Shown here piece after piece: positions 11,852 to 20,609 of a stretch of DNA of 64,000 nt. The notes below the pieces were generated by a model. It ran no database searches. It was given only the letters and a program-made list of their open reading frames with translations, and was not told the origin of the DNA. This DNA is from an uncultured Chloroflexia bacterium (GTDB taxonomy: Bacteria > Chloroflexota > Limnocylindria > Limnocylindrales > CSP1-4). The translations under genes were made by a program, and so were the position numbers. Positions within the stretch are counted from its first letter, which is position 1. Every line of letters starts with the position of its first letter. Location of the stretch: the NCBI GenBank assembly GCA_963720495.1, contig CAVRFU010000013.1, positions 32,273 through 96,272 on the forward strand, written 5' to 3'.

Positions 11852-13312
11852 TCACTCGCTCGGCGCGGCTCCGGTCGGGCGGCGGACCGCGACGAGCTGG
11901 TCGAGCAGACGACCGAACTCGCGCTCGACGTCGACGTACCGGTCCGAGCGCCAGACGATGCCCAGCCGGCCGTCCGGGGCCAGGCGCGTCCAGACCCGGC
12001 GACGCGGCCGGTAGAAGGTGATGGTGATGCCGGCGATGAGGCACGCGAACGCGATCCAGACCAGGCCCTGCCCGGGGTCGCGCTTCGCGATCAGCAGCGT
12101 GAACTCGCCGAAATCGGTCAGGCCGATCGACAGGTCCAGGCCTTCCGAGACCCGCGCCTCGCCGCGCTCCAGGTCGACCGCCGGGTACAGGTCCTCGATC
12201 GGCTGGCCGTCCGCTGCGGTGCCGACGACGCGGTACGGGATGGCGATGAGGATCCCTGCGCCATCGGCCGCCTTGTCGAGCAGCAGCTTCAGGCCCATGT
12301 CCCGGCCGGGGATGCCGATGGAGGTGTACGGCCGCCCGTCCAGGGCGTCGGTCATCGGCACGGGCGCATCGAGGAGGATCGCCCCGGCCGCGCTCTTGAG
12401 CAGGATGTGCGGTGCCGGTCCGAAGCCGTTCTGATGGAACGTGTAGCCGGCGATCGAGAGCGGATCGTTCACCCGGATCGTCTTGCGAGCGATCTGGCGG
12501 CCGTCCTGGAACACGGCCAGGTCGGTCGTGAAGTCGGTCGGGGTGCCGGAGTCGAAGCCGGGCGCCTCGAAGTCGAAGTTCTTGACCAGCAGGAGCCCGG
12601 GCGTCCCGATCGGCTGGACCGTCAGCGATTCGCCCTCGGCCACGACGAGGCCCTGCTCGTCGCCCAGCCGCGAGGTGGCCGCGGCCGCCAGCAGGAACAG
12701 GATCAGGCCGAGATGCGTGAGCAGCGTCGCCATCTTCGTGTACTGGTGGCGGTCGCCGTACAGGTGGCGCGTGCCGTCCGCCTCGGCCTCCTCGCGCACC
12801 CGGAAACCGTTGCGCCGCAGGACCGTTCGGATGTCGTCCCCGGCCACGCCGTCCATGGCCGCCCGGTCCGGCAGCCGCGGATCGAAGTACGGCTCCGGCT
12901 GGGCGACCCGGATGTCGCTCACCCCGCGCCACAGACGGGGCGTGCGGTCCAGCGTGCAGACCACGATCGAGGTGACGAGGACGACCAGCGCGGCGCTGAA
13001 CCAGGGCGAGCGGAAGACCGCGAACAGCGACAGCCGCTCCATGACGTCCACCACGGTCGTGCCCAGGACCGGGTCGTAGCGGGCGTGGAGCTGGTCCATC
13101 GCCCCGGCGTAGTCGGTCGCGGAGCGGAACGCGAAGTCGGGCAGCTGCTTGATGGTCATGCCGATGACCGCGAGGAGCAGCAGGAAGATGATCTGGAACA
13201 CGGCGAAATCGACCGACGTGAACAGGTGCCACAGGCCGTATCCCAGGCGGGCGGGGATGTTCCGGCCGGACGGTCGGCTTCTGGCCGTCGAGACGACGGC
13301 CGGGCTCGCGAT
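11852..13312 (-). CDS. resB: Cytochrome c biogenesis protein ResB/CcsB family (start approximate)
   Basis: N-terminal TMs, VFRSPWFSAAL...CTLDR, HLGLILFL, DFTTDL, IRVNDPLSIAGYTFHQ, C-terminal RDPGQGLVW...RRRVW. No clean start codon near 13312. Confidence 0.85.
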   Translation of the reverse strand: MASPAVVSTARSRPSGRNIPARLGYGLWHLFTSVDFAVFQIIFLLLLAVIGMTIKQLPDFAFRSATDYAGAMDQLHARYDPVLGTTVVDVMERLSLFAVFRSPWFSAALVVLVTSIVVCTLDRTPRLWRGVSDIRVAQPEPYFDPRLPDRAAMDGVAGDDIRTVLRRNGFRVREEAEADGTRHLYGDRHQYTKMATLLTHLGLILFLLAAAATSRLGDEQGLVVAEGESLTVQPIGTPGLLLVKNFDFEAPGFDSGTPTDFTTDLAVFQDGRQIARKTIRVNDPLSIAGYTFHQNGFGPAPHILLKSAAGAILLDAPVPMTDALDGRPYTSIGIPGRDMGLKLLLDKAADGAGILIAIPYRVVGTAADGQPIEDLYPAVDLERGEARVSEGLDLSIGLTDFGEFTLLIAKRDPGQGLVWIAFACLIAGITITFYRPRRRVWTRLAPDGRLGIVWRSDRYVDVEREFGRLLDQLVAVRRPTGAAPSE

Positions 13313-13323
13313 GGCTCCGACCC

Positions 13324-14580
13324 CTAGACGGCGCCGAGCGCCGGGACGGGCCGCCCGTCGAGCGCCCGAGCCGCCCCGAGCGCGTCGGCGAAGTCCGCCT
13401 GGAGGTCCTCGAGATCCTCGAGCCCGACCGAGACACGCAGGAGGCCGGGCGTGATCCCGGCGGCCAGCAGCTCCGCCTCGCTCGACTGGCGGTGCGAGGT
13501 GGACGGCGGGTGGACGACCATCGTGTGGACGCTCCCGAGCGACGCCGTCAGCTCCGGGATCCGGAGCGCGTCGATGATGGCCCGGCCGGCGGCGCGGCCC
13601 CCGGCCGCTTCGAAGGCGAGCATCCCGCCGGCCACGCCGGGGCGGAACTGGCGCAGCGCCACGTCGTGCTGGGGATGGCTCTCCAGGCCGGGATACAGGA
13701 CGCGTGACACGCCGTCCTGACGCTCGAGCCACGCCGCCAGTGCCGCGGCGGTCGCGGCGTGGCGCTGAACCCGGATGGCGAGGGTCAGGATGCCGCGCAG
13801 GACGAGGAAGGCATCGAGCGGACCGAGGGTCGCCCCGGTATCGATCTGGACGCGCTCGACCGCGCGGATGTGCTCCGCGGAGCCGGCGGCGACCCCCGCG
13901 ATGACGTCGCTGTGACCGCCGATGAACTTGGTCGCCGACTCGACGACGAGGTCCGTGCCCAGCTCGAGCGGCCGGCAGACGTACGGCGACGCGAAGGTGT
14001 TGTCGACGACGTACGTCGCGCCGTGCCGATGGGCGAGGTCGGCCAATGCGGCGTGGTCGGCGATCGCGGTCGTCGGGTTGGCGATGGTCTCCGCGTAGAG
14101 GACCTTCGTCGGCGCCGCGGCGAGCGCCTCGGCCACCGCGTCGAGGTCGGTCGTGTCGACGCTGTCCACCTGGACCCCGAACCCGCCGAACGTCCGCAGC
14201 ATCTGCGCCCGGGTCGAGCCGTAGATCGCGGTCGGGGCGACCACCCGGTCGCCGCTGCGCAGCAGTGACGCGAGCGCGGCGTGGATGGCGCCCATGCCGG
14301 AGGCCAGCGCAAGCCCGGCCTCGCCGCCGGCCAGCTCCGCGTAGGCGGCGCCGAGCGCGCTCGTGGTCGGGTTGGAGATCCGGCTGTAGGCGAAGCCCGC
14401 CCGGGCGTCGGCGGCGACCCGGCCCAGCTCCTCCGCGTCGGCCGAGGCGAACGTGGCGGTCTGGAAGATCGGCACGCTCGTCGGCGTCTGATCGAGCGAC
14501 GGGATGCGCGAGGCGGCGCGGATGGCCCGCGTCGAGAAGCCCTGGCCGTGGGGCCGCGGACGGGGGTCGGTGTCACTCAC
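13324..14580 (-). CDS. PLP-dependent trans-sulfuration enzyme (cystathionine gamma-synthase / methionine gamma-lyase family)
   Basis: PIFQTATF, YSRISNPT, ASGMGAI, ETIANP, VDNTFASP, ESATKFIGGHSD (PLP Lys), SLGSVHT, LRVSVGLED. Confidence 0.93.
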   Translation of the reverse strand: MSDTDPRPRPHGQGFSTRAIRAASRIPSLDQTPTSVPIFQTATFASADAEELGRVAADARAGFAYSRISNPTTSALGAAYAELAGGEAGLALASGMGAIHAALASLLRSGDRVVAPTAIYGSTRAQMLRTFGGFGVQVDSVDTTDLDAVAEALAAAPTKVLYAETIANPTTAIADHAALADLAHRHGATYVVDNTFASPYVCRPLELGTDLVVESATKFIGGHSDVIAGVAAGSAEHIRAVERVQIDTGATLGPLDAFLVLRGILTLAIRVQRHAATAAALAAWLERQDGVSRVLYPGLESHPQHDVALRQFRPGVAGGMLAFEAAGGRAAGRAIIDALRIPELTASLGSVHTMVVHPPSTSHRQSSEAELLAAGITPGLLRVSVGLEDLEDLQADFADALGAARALDGRPVPALGAV

Positions 14581-14589
14581 CGGGCGATG

Positions 14590-15849
14590 CTACACCGGCG
14601 AGACGGGTCGCCCCGGCTGCGGCATCGGGACGCCGGTCACGCGGTCCTTGCCGGCCCGCTTCGAGGCGTACATCGCGCCGTCGGCACTGATGATCAGCTC
14701 GTCCGCCGTCCGGCCGTCGTCCGGGTAGCTGACGACCCCGATGGACAGCGACGGCCGCGGTCCGGTCCCGGGCAGGTCCAGGACGAGGTTGTTGACGCCG
14801 ATGCGGATCTTCTCGGCCAGGACGAACGCGCCGGTCGGGTCGGTCTCCGGAAGCAGGGCGACGAACTCGTCACCGCCGTAGCGGGCGGCCGTGTCGATCT
14901 GGCGGACGCCCTGGGTGATGACCTCGCCGACGCCACGCAGGACGCGATCGCCCTGGAAGTGGCCGAGCCGGTCGTTGATCGACTTGAGCTCGTCGAGGTC
15001 CATCATCAGAAGGCAGAAGCCGCGACCCGACCGCGCGCTGCGGGCGATCTCGCGATCGATCGCCGCGAAGAAGAAGGTCCGGTTGAAGAGGCCGGTCAGC
15101 GAGTCGACCGTCGACAGGCGGATGGCGGCGTCACGCGCCCGCCGCTGCGCCCGGGCGATGACCAGCGCGACGTACGCCAGCAGCACGAGGGCCGTCAGGT
15201 TGATCCCGACGATGGCCACGGTGGTCGGCCCCAGGCTGCCCTCCGTCGACCCCGCGATGACGGCGAGCACGTAGCCGAGCCCGGCCGCAGCGGTCAGCGC
15301 GACCGTGATCGTCGGCGAGACCACGAGGGCTGCGCCGGCGACGATGAGCGGGAAGGCGAAGAAGAACGGGCTGGCGGCGCCACCGGTCAGGGCGACCAGG
15401 AGCGTCGCGACCGTGATCGCGACCGATCCCTCGAGGACGAACTTGGCCGGTCCCAGCGCGTCGCCCGGCAGCAGGTCGTGGACGACGACGATGAACAGGC
15501 CGGACAGGGCGAACAGGACGAAGATCGCGGGCTGGGTCGCGGGCCACAGCCCGGTCGCCGCGACGATGACCGTGGCCGCCAGGAGGAAGGTCCAGGCGAC
15601 GATCCGGACGACCCGGTCGTAGGTCTGGGTGGCGACGCCGTCCTCGGCGGTCGTGCCCTCCATCCCGCCGACGACGGCGGCCTCGGCCGCGCGCCGCTCC
15701 GCGTCGACCCCGGGCGCGACGTCGCGCGCCATCGGGCTCGATCGACCGAGCATGGGCGGGATCAGGATCACGGCCATCACCGCCAGGTTGGCGATGACGA
15801 CGGCGATGATCAGGAGGATGACGGGATCGACCGGCACGATCGACCTCAC
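14590..15849 (-). CDS. Membrane-bound diguanylate cyclase (GGDEF)
   Basis: Multi-TM N-terminus, DSLTGLFNR, MDLDELKSINDRLGH, RQIDTAARYGGDEF (intact active site and RxxD I-site), SIGV, ADGAMYASK. Confidence 0.93.
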   Translation of the reverse strand: MRSIVPVDPVILLIIAVVIANLAVMAVILIPPMLGRSSPMARDVAPGVDAERRAAEAAVVGGMEGTTAEDGVATQTYDRVVRIVAWTFLLAATVIVAATGLWPATQPAIFVLFALSGLFIVVVHDLLPGDALGPAKFVLEGSVAITVATLLVALTGGAASPFFFAFPLIVAGAALVVSPTITVALTAAAGLGYVLAVIAGSTEGSLGPTTVAIVGINLTALVLLAYVALVIARAQRRARDAAIRLSTVDSLTGLFNRTFFFAAIDREIARSARSGRGFCLLMMDLDELKSINDRLGHFQGDRVLRGVGEVITQGVRQIDTAARYGGDEFVALLPETDPTGAFVLAEKIRIGVNNLVLDLPGTGPRPSLSIGVVSYPDDGRTADELIISADGAMYASKRAGKDRVTGVPMPQPGRPVSPV

Positions 15850-15923
15850 CTAGACATGGCGGGATGGCCCGGATGCCCCCGCACTGGCCGACATCTTAGC
15901 CGTCCCCGGCGATGCGCCCGACC

Positions 15924-15949
15924 GGCCCGCACGCACGACGGTGCGGGCC
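15924..15949. terminator. Hairpin downstream of the Lrp gene
   Basis: ggcccgcac-N8-gtgcgggcc, 9-bp stem. Confidence 0.45.
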
Positions 15950-15973
15950 GTCAACGACATTCCGTGGGATCGG

Positions 15974-16477
15974 TCAGCGGGTGCCGTACTGGTAGGTCTG
16001 CTTGACCAGTCGGAGGTACACGAACGTCTCCGTGTCGCGCACCCCGTCGATCGCCCGCAGGCGCTCGGCCAGGAACACCAGGAGGGCGTCGTTGTCCTCG
16101 CAGACGGTCTCGATCAGCAGGTCGTACGAGCCGGCGGTGATGACCACGTAGTCCACCTCCGGCATGGCCGCCAGGTGCTCGCTGACCTCGATCAGCTTGT
16201 CGCTCTCGCAGCGGATCCCGATCATCGCCATCTGGTGGAAGCCGAGCTTGAGGGGGTCGGTCACACCGACGACCTGGAGGATCCCGCGCTCGATCAACCG
16301 GTTGGTCCGGGCCCGGACCGCGGCCTCGGACACGCCCAGATCCGCGGCGATCTGGGTGAACGGGCGTCGGCCATCGGCCTGCAGGTGCTCGATGATCCGC
16401 TTGTCCAGCGGCGAGACGTCCTCACCGGACCGGGCCCCTCCGGGGCGAGCGCGCGGGGAACGGACCGGCATCGTCAT
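15974..16477 (-). CDS. Lrp/AsnC-family transcriptional regulator
   Basis: LDKRIIEHLQADGRRPFTQIAADLGVSEAAVRARTNRL HTH and RAM domain (VVITAGSYDLLIE). Confidence 0.93.
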   Translation of the reverse strand: MTMPVRSPRARPGGARSGEDVSPLDKRIIEHLQADGRRPFTQIAADLGVSEAAVRARTNRLIERGILQVVGVTDPLKLGFHQMAMIGIRCESDKLIEVSEHLAAMPEVDYVVITAGSYDLLIETVCEDNDALLVFLAERLRAIDGVRDTETFVYLRLVKQTYQYGTR

Positions 16478-16570
16478 CGGCTGGCGGGCGCCTCCATGGG
16501 GTTGTCGGCCGATGCTAGCACGGGCTCCGCGGCCGTCCGTCTGACGCCCGGAGCACGCAACGGGTCGTCG

Positions 16571-17510
16571 TCAGACGCCGTCGTCGTCGAGGTCGAGGAG
16601 GGCGCCGGCGACGGCCTCGATCGAGTCGCGGGTGATCGGGTCGAGCACGAGCTGGACGTGGTCGATCCCCTGCCGGGCGAAGGCGCGCAGCGCGTCGGCG
16701 AGGGCCGCCGGGTCGCCGTCGACCGGCGGGATGGCGCGCTGCCTGCTGTCGCCCTGGAGCCGGCCCTCGCCGCCCGGCAGGCTGGACCAGCACGGCGACG
16801 GTCCGCTCGACCTCGGTCGGGTCGCGGCCGACGTCGCGGCACGCAGCGTCGACCAGGGCACGCACCGACGCGATGCCCTCCGGCCGGTTGCCGGTGTCGT
16901 TGTACCAGGAGTTCCACGAGTCGGCGTGGGCCATCGTCGTCCGGAGCATGCGCGGCCCGTTCGAGCCGATCATCAACGGCGGTCCGTCGGCGCGTGGTCC
17001 GCGCGGCAGCAGCTCGCAATCGCGGGCCTGGTACCAGCGCCCGTCGAAGTCGATGGCGCCCTCACGGAGGAGCGTCCGGATGATCGTGAACGCCTCCTCG
17101 AACCGGTCGATCCGATGGTCGTATGGGTAGCCGAACGCGCGGAACTCCGTCTCGTTCCAGCCGGCGCCCAGGCCGAGGACGAACCGCCCGCCGCTGATCT
17201 CGTCGATCGTGGCGGCCTGCTTGGCGAGCAGGGCTGGGTTGTGGAAGTTCGTACAGGCGACGAGTGGCCCGAGCTCGATCCGCGTCGTCGTCGCGGCGAT
17301 CGCCGCGAGGAGCGTCCAGGCCTCCCACGGACCGCGCGCCGGGCGATCCGGCCAGCGGTAGAGGAGGTGCTCGCCGACCCACACGGAATCGAACCCGAGG
17401 TCCTCGATCGCGCGGGTCATGTCGAGGATCTCCGACCAGCGGACCTCGCGCTCGACCTCCGGCAGCTGGATGCCCACCTTGAGCGGGCGGCGGGCGGCGG
17501 CGTTCGTCAT
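16571..17510 (-). CDS. LLM-class flavin/F420-dependent oxidoreductase; one apparent frameshift near 16780
   Basis: GFDSVWVGEHL, TTRIELGPLV, NPALLAKQAATIDEISGGRFVLGLGAGW. C-terminus continues in another frame (LADALRAFARQGIDHVQL). Confidence 0.88.
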
Positions 17511-17737
17511 CGGCCAAGGGTATCGGGCCGGGCGCGGCGTGGTGCACGGCGGCGGCGGCCGGCCCGTCCTCGCCACTCACGGATCCGGCTCGTGCACTGC
17601 GAGTCGGGACGACTTCCGCGGGCACGACGATGCGCTCGCGAGCGTGGCGGTGTCCGCCCCGGCGACCAATGCGGATCCCGTCGCCGCTGAACACGATCCA
17701 CGTTCGTACCAGGCGGAAACCAACGTGCGGACGCCCG

Positions 17738-17767
17738 TTGACAGCGGCGCCATCCGTCCCGCACCCT
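17738..17767 (+). promoter_or_regulatory. Putative sigma70-type promoter for the leader-lysE transcript
   Basis: TTGACA (17738-43), 18-nt spacer, CACCCT (17762-67), 9 nt before the leader ATG. Confidence 0.5.
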
Positions 17768-17776
17768 GCCCGCGAC

Positions 17777-17842
17777 ATGACCGCCACCACCCGCCACGCA
17801 CGACGACGCCAGCAGGGGCCCACCCGGGCCACCTCGACCTGA
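17777..17842 (+). CDS. Putative 21-aa attenuator leader peptide MTATTRHARRRQQGPTRATST
   Basis: Lies between a promoter-like motif and a terminator. Contains CGC-CAC-GCA-CGA-CGA-CGC (tandem CGA Arg codons) and six Thr codons. Confidence 0.55.
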   Translation: MTATTRHARRRQQGPTRATST

Positions 17843-17883
17843 CGCCGTGCGCCCGAGCGGGCGCCGACCACCAGTCCCGAGTG

Positions 17884-17912
17884 ACGCCCCGGCAGATGCC
17901 GCGGGCGTTTTT
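17884..17912 (+). terminator. Intrinsic terminator (attenuator) upstream of lysE-family gene
   Basis: acgccc-cggca-ga-tgccg-c-gggcgt followed by a T tract, 30 nt before the CDS start. Confidence 0.7.
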
Positions 17913-17942
17913 CTGTGTCACGACCCATCGAAAGGAGCTCTC

Positions 17943-18560
17943 GTGGATCCCGCGCTCGCGTTCCGCGGCTTCATCCTCGGCTTCACGATCGCGGCCGCCG
18001 TCGGCCCGATCAGCCTGCTGGTCATCCGCCGGACGCTCGCCCAGGGCCAGCTGTACGGGCTGGTCTCCGGCCTCGGCGTGGCCACCGCGGACGCGACGTA
18101 CGGTGCGATCGCGGCCTTCGGCCTGGGTGCGATCACGGATCTGCTGGTCAACGCCCGTCAGGTGCTCGGGCTCGTCGGCGGGCTCTTCCTCCTGTGGCTG
18201 GCGTGGCGGACCATCCGTTCGGTGCCGACGGAGGCCGCCACCGTCACGACTCGGCGCGGTGGCTACGCGGGCGCATACCTGTCGATCCTGGGGCTGACAC
18301 TGGCCAACCCGATGACGATCCTGTCGTTCGGGGCGTTGTTCGCCGGCCTCGGCGTGACGGGCGGCGCGACCGGTGATGCGGTTGCGGTCGTGGCCGGCGT
18401 CCTGCTCGGGTCGACCACGTGGTGGGTCGTGCTGACCACGGTCATCGGCACGGTCCGGACCCGCGTGACCCCGCTCTGGATCCACCGGATCAATCTCGTG
18501 TCCGGCGTGATCCTCGGCGCGTTCGCCGTCGTCGCGATCGCGTCTGCGCTCGTGGGTTGA
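17943..18560 (+). CDS. LysE/RhtB-family amino acid exporter
   Basis: SD aaaggag then GTG; GFTIAAAVGPISLLVIRRTL...G...GLGVATADATY and LTLANPMTILSF motifs; about 6 TMs. Confidence 0.92.
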   Translation: MDPALAFRGFILGFTIAAAVGPISLLVIRRTLAQGQLYGLVSGLGVATADATYGAIAAFGLGAITDLLVNARQVLGLVGGLFLLWLAWRTIRSVPTEAATVTTRRGGYAGAYLSILGLTLANPMTILSFGALFAGLGVTGGATGDAVAVVAGVLLGSTTWWVVLTTVIGTVRTRVTPLWIHRINLVSGVILGAFAVVAIASALVG

Positions 18561-18757
18561 GCGTCCCGGACCCGTTCGGGAACAGCGTCTAAGCGCGCCG
18601 ACACGTGGGCTAAGGCGGTCGACGGTCACAGGACCGTCGAAATGAGGTGTCGCGCGTGCCGTGGATAAGGACTTCGCTCGATGGAATCCGGCTTCCTCGG
18701 CCTCAACGTGAACGTCATCAAGCCCCGATGCCGGGACGAGTGAAAAGGAGCACCGAG

Positions 18758-18937
18758 ATGTCCAGGTACGAACGACGGATCTACTTCGAATGGCTGGTCG
18801 AGAAGCGTGCGGCGTACGCAGCGCTCGGCGACGAGGACCGGACCCCGATCATCACGATCTCCGATGTCATCGCCTGGGCCGAGCATGAGCTGGCCCGCAC
18901 GTCCGTCGCTGAATCGACGCCGGCGACCGAAGCCTGA
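18758..18937 (+). CDS. Small hypothetical protein (59 aa)
   Basis: Strong SD aaaaggag 7 nt before ATG; MSRYERRIYFEWLVEKRAAY... has protein-like composition. Confidence 0.5.
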   Translation: MSRYERRIYFEWLVEKRAAYAALGDEDRTPIITISDVIAWAEHELARTSVAESTPATEA

Positions 18938-18957
18938 GCGGCTGACCGGTCGGCCGT

Positions 18958-19374
18958 TCAGTCGGCGGGCGGCAGCTCCGTGAAGAGCGTGAGCTGCAGC
19001 CCAGCCGGACCCTCGAGGCGGGCGTTCATCGACCGCCACGGCGTCAGGGTCGGCGGCGCGAGGACCGTGGCGCCGGCCGCCTCCAGGGCGGCCATCGTGG
19101 CCCCCGAATCGGCAACCTCGAAGGCGACCCGGATGGGGCCGGCCACGCGCCGGCCGACCTCGACCCGATCGATGAACTCGGCCTGGGCCGGGTCGGCGAT
19201 CTCGAGCGTCGCGCGACCCGCCTCGAGGATCATCACCCGTCCGTCGGGCGAGCTGTACGACTCGCGTTCGGACAGGCCGAGGACGTCGCGATAGAACCGG
19301 ACCGCGTCGTCGTAGTCGGGCGCGGTAACGACGAGGCGCAGCTCGCGGACCGGACCCGCATCGGCGGTGGACAT
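18958..19374 (-). CDS. VOC/glyoxalase family protein
   Basis: ELRLVVTAPDYDDAVRFYRDVLGL, IRVAFEVAD, TPWRSMNARLEGPAGLQLTLF; SD ggagg. Confidence 0.88.
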   Translation of the reverse strand: MSTADAGPVRELRLVVTAPDYDDAVRFYRDVLGLSERESYSSPDGRVMILEAGRATLEIADPAQAEFIDRVEVGRRVAGPIRVAFEVADSGATMAALEAAGATVLAPPTLTPWRSMNARLEGPAGLQLTLFTELPPAD

Positions 19375-19479
19375 GGCGCCTCCCCTTGCGTGCGATCGAG
19401 CGCCATACCGCGCTCCCTTTCTAGCCTGCCTGAGCCGGCGGAGCGGCGCCGATGCGCCGACGGCGGCGGCCGATGCAGG

Positions 19480-19620
19480 CTCAGCGATGGGAGCCTCAGT
19501 CGCATCGTGACCGGGATGGGCGAGGACGCTGCGGGCGAGCTCTATGTCCTGACGAGGACACGACTCGGTCCGGTCGGGACGTCGGGCGAGGTCCTGAAGC
19601 TGGTCCCGCCGGGGAGCTAG
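19480..19620 (+). pseudogene. Orphan C-terminal fragment resembling a PQQ glucose/sorbosone dehydrogenase
   Basis: VTGMGEDAAGELYVLTRTRLGPVGTSGEVLKLVP* resembles the GSDH C-terminal blade; no N-terminal part upstream. Confidence 0.55.
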
Positions 19621-19703
19621 ACCGGCCCAGGCGGGACTGCTCGGATCGGCGCACACTCGTCAGCCGTCGCGTCGCCGAGATCGCGTCCCCAGGAGGGTCC
19701 CTC

Positions 19704-20576
19704 ATGACCACGACAACGGAGCCCGCCAAGGCCCTCACCGCCGACGACATGCGGGATGCGGCGCAAGTGAAGCGGGCCAACGCTTCCGGCAAGATGCCCG
19801 CCGTGTTCATCCACGGCCTGTGGCTCCTGCCGAGCAGCTGGGACCGATGGGCAGCCGTCTTCGACGAGGCGGGCTACTCGGCCCTCGCTCCCGGCTGGCC
19901 GGACGATCCCGAGACGGTCGCCGAAGCGAACGCGGACCCGGAGGTGTTCGCCGGCAAGTCGGTCGGCGACGTGGCGGACCATCTCGATGCGGTCGTCCGG
20001 ACCCTCGACCGGAAGCCGGTCATCATCGGCCACTCGTTCGGCGGGCTGCTGACCCAGATCCTGGCCGGTCGTGGGCTGGCGGCGGCGTCGGTCGCGATCG
20101 ATCCGGCCCCGTTCCGGGGCGTCCTGCCGCTGCCGATCTCGGCGCTGCGGTCCGCGTCGCCGGTCCTGACCAACCCGGTCAATTACAACCGGGCGGTGCC
20201 GCTGACCTACGAGCAGTTCCGGTACGGCTTCGCCAACGCGGTCGACGAGGCCGAGGCGCATCAGCTGTACGAGACGTTCGCGGTCCCGGCGCCGGGCAAG
20301 CCCCTCTTCCAGGCGGCATCGGCCAACCTCAATCCGTGGACCGAGGTCAAGGTCGACAGCACGAACCCGGAGCGCGGTCCTCTCCTGATCATCTCGGGCG
20401 AGAAGGACAACACCGTGCCCCGCTCGATCTCCAACGCCTCCTACAAGCGCCAGAAGCGGAACGAGGGCGTGACCGAGTTCGTCGAGATGGCCGGCCGCGG
20501 CCACGCGCTCGTGATCGACGGCGGCTGGCGCGAGGTCGCCGACACGGCACTCGCCTTCGTCAAACGCTTCACGTAG
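19704..20576 (+). CDS. Alpha/beta hydrolase
   Basis: VFIHGLW, IGHSFGG nucleophile elbow, LLIISGEKD, GRGHAL; SD aggagg. Confidence 0.92.
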   Translation: MTTTTEPAKALTADDMRDAAQVKRANASGKMPAVFIHGLWLLPSSWDRWAAVFDEAGYSALAPGWPDDPETVAEANADPEVFAGKSVGDVADHLDAVVRTLDRKPVIIGHSFGGLLTQILAGRGLAAASVAIDPAPFRGVLPLPISALRSASPVLTNPVNYNRAVPLTYEQFRYGFANAVDEAEAHQLYETFAVPAPGKPLFQAASANLNPWTEVKVDSTNPERGPLLIISGEKDNTVPRSISNASYKRQKRNEGVTEFVEMAGRGHALVIDGGWREVADTALAFVKRFT

Positions 20577-20609
20577 ATCTCGGGGCGTCCCGATCGCGAA
20601 GGGGGCGCA

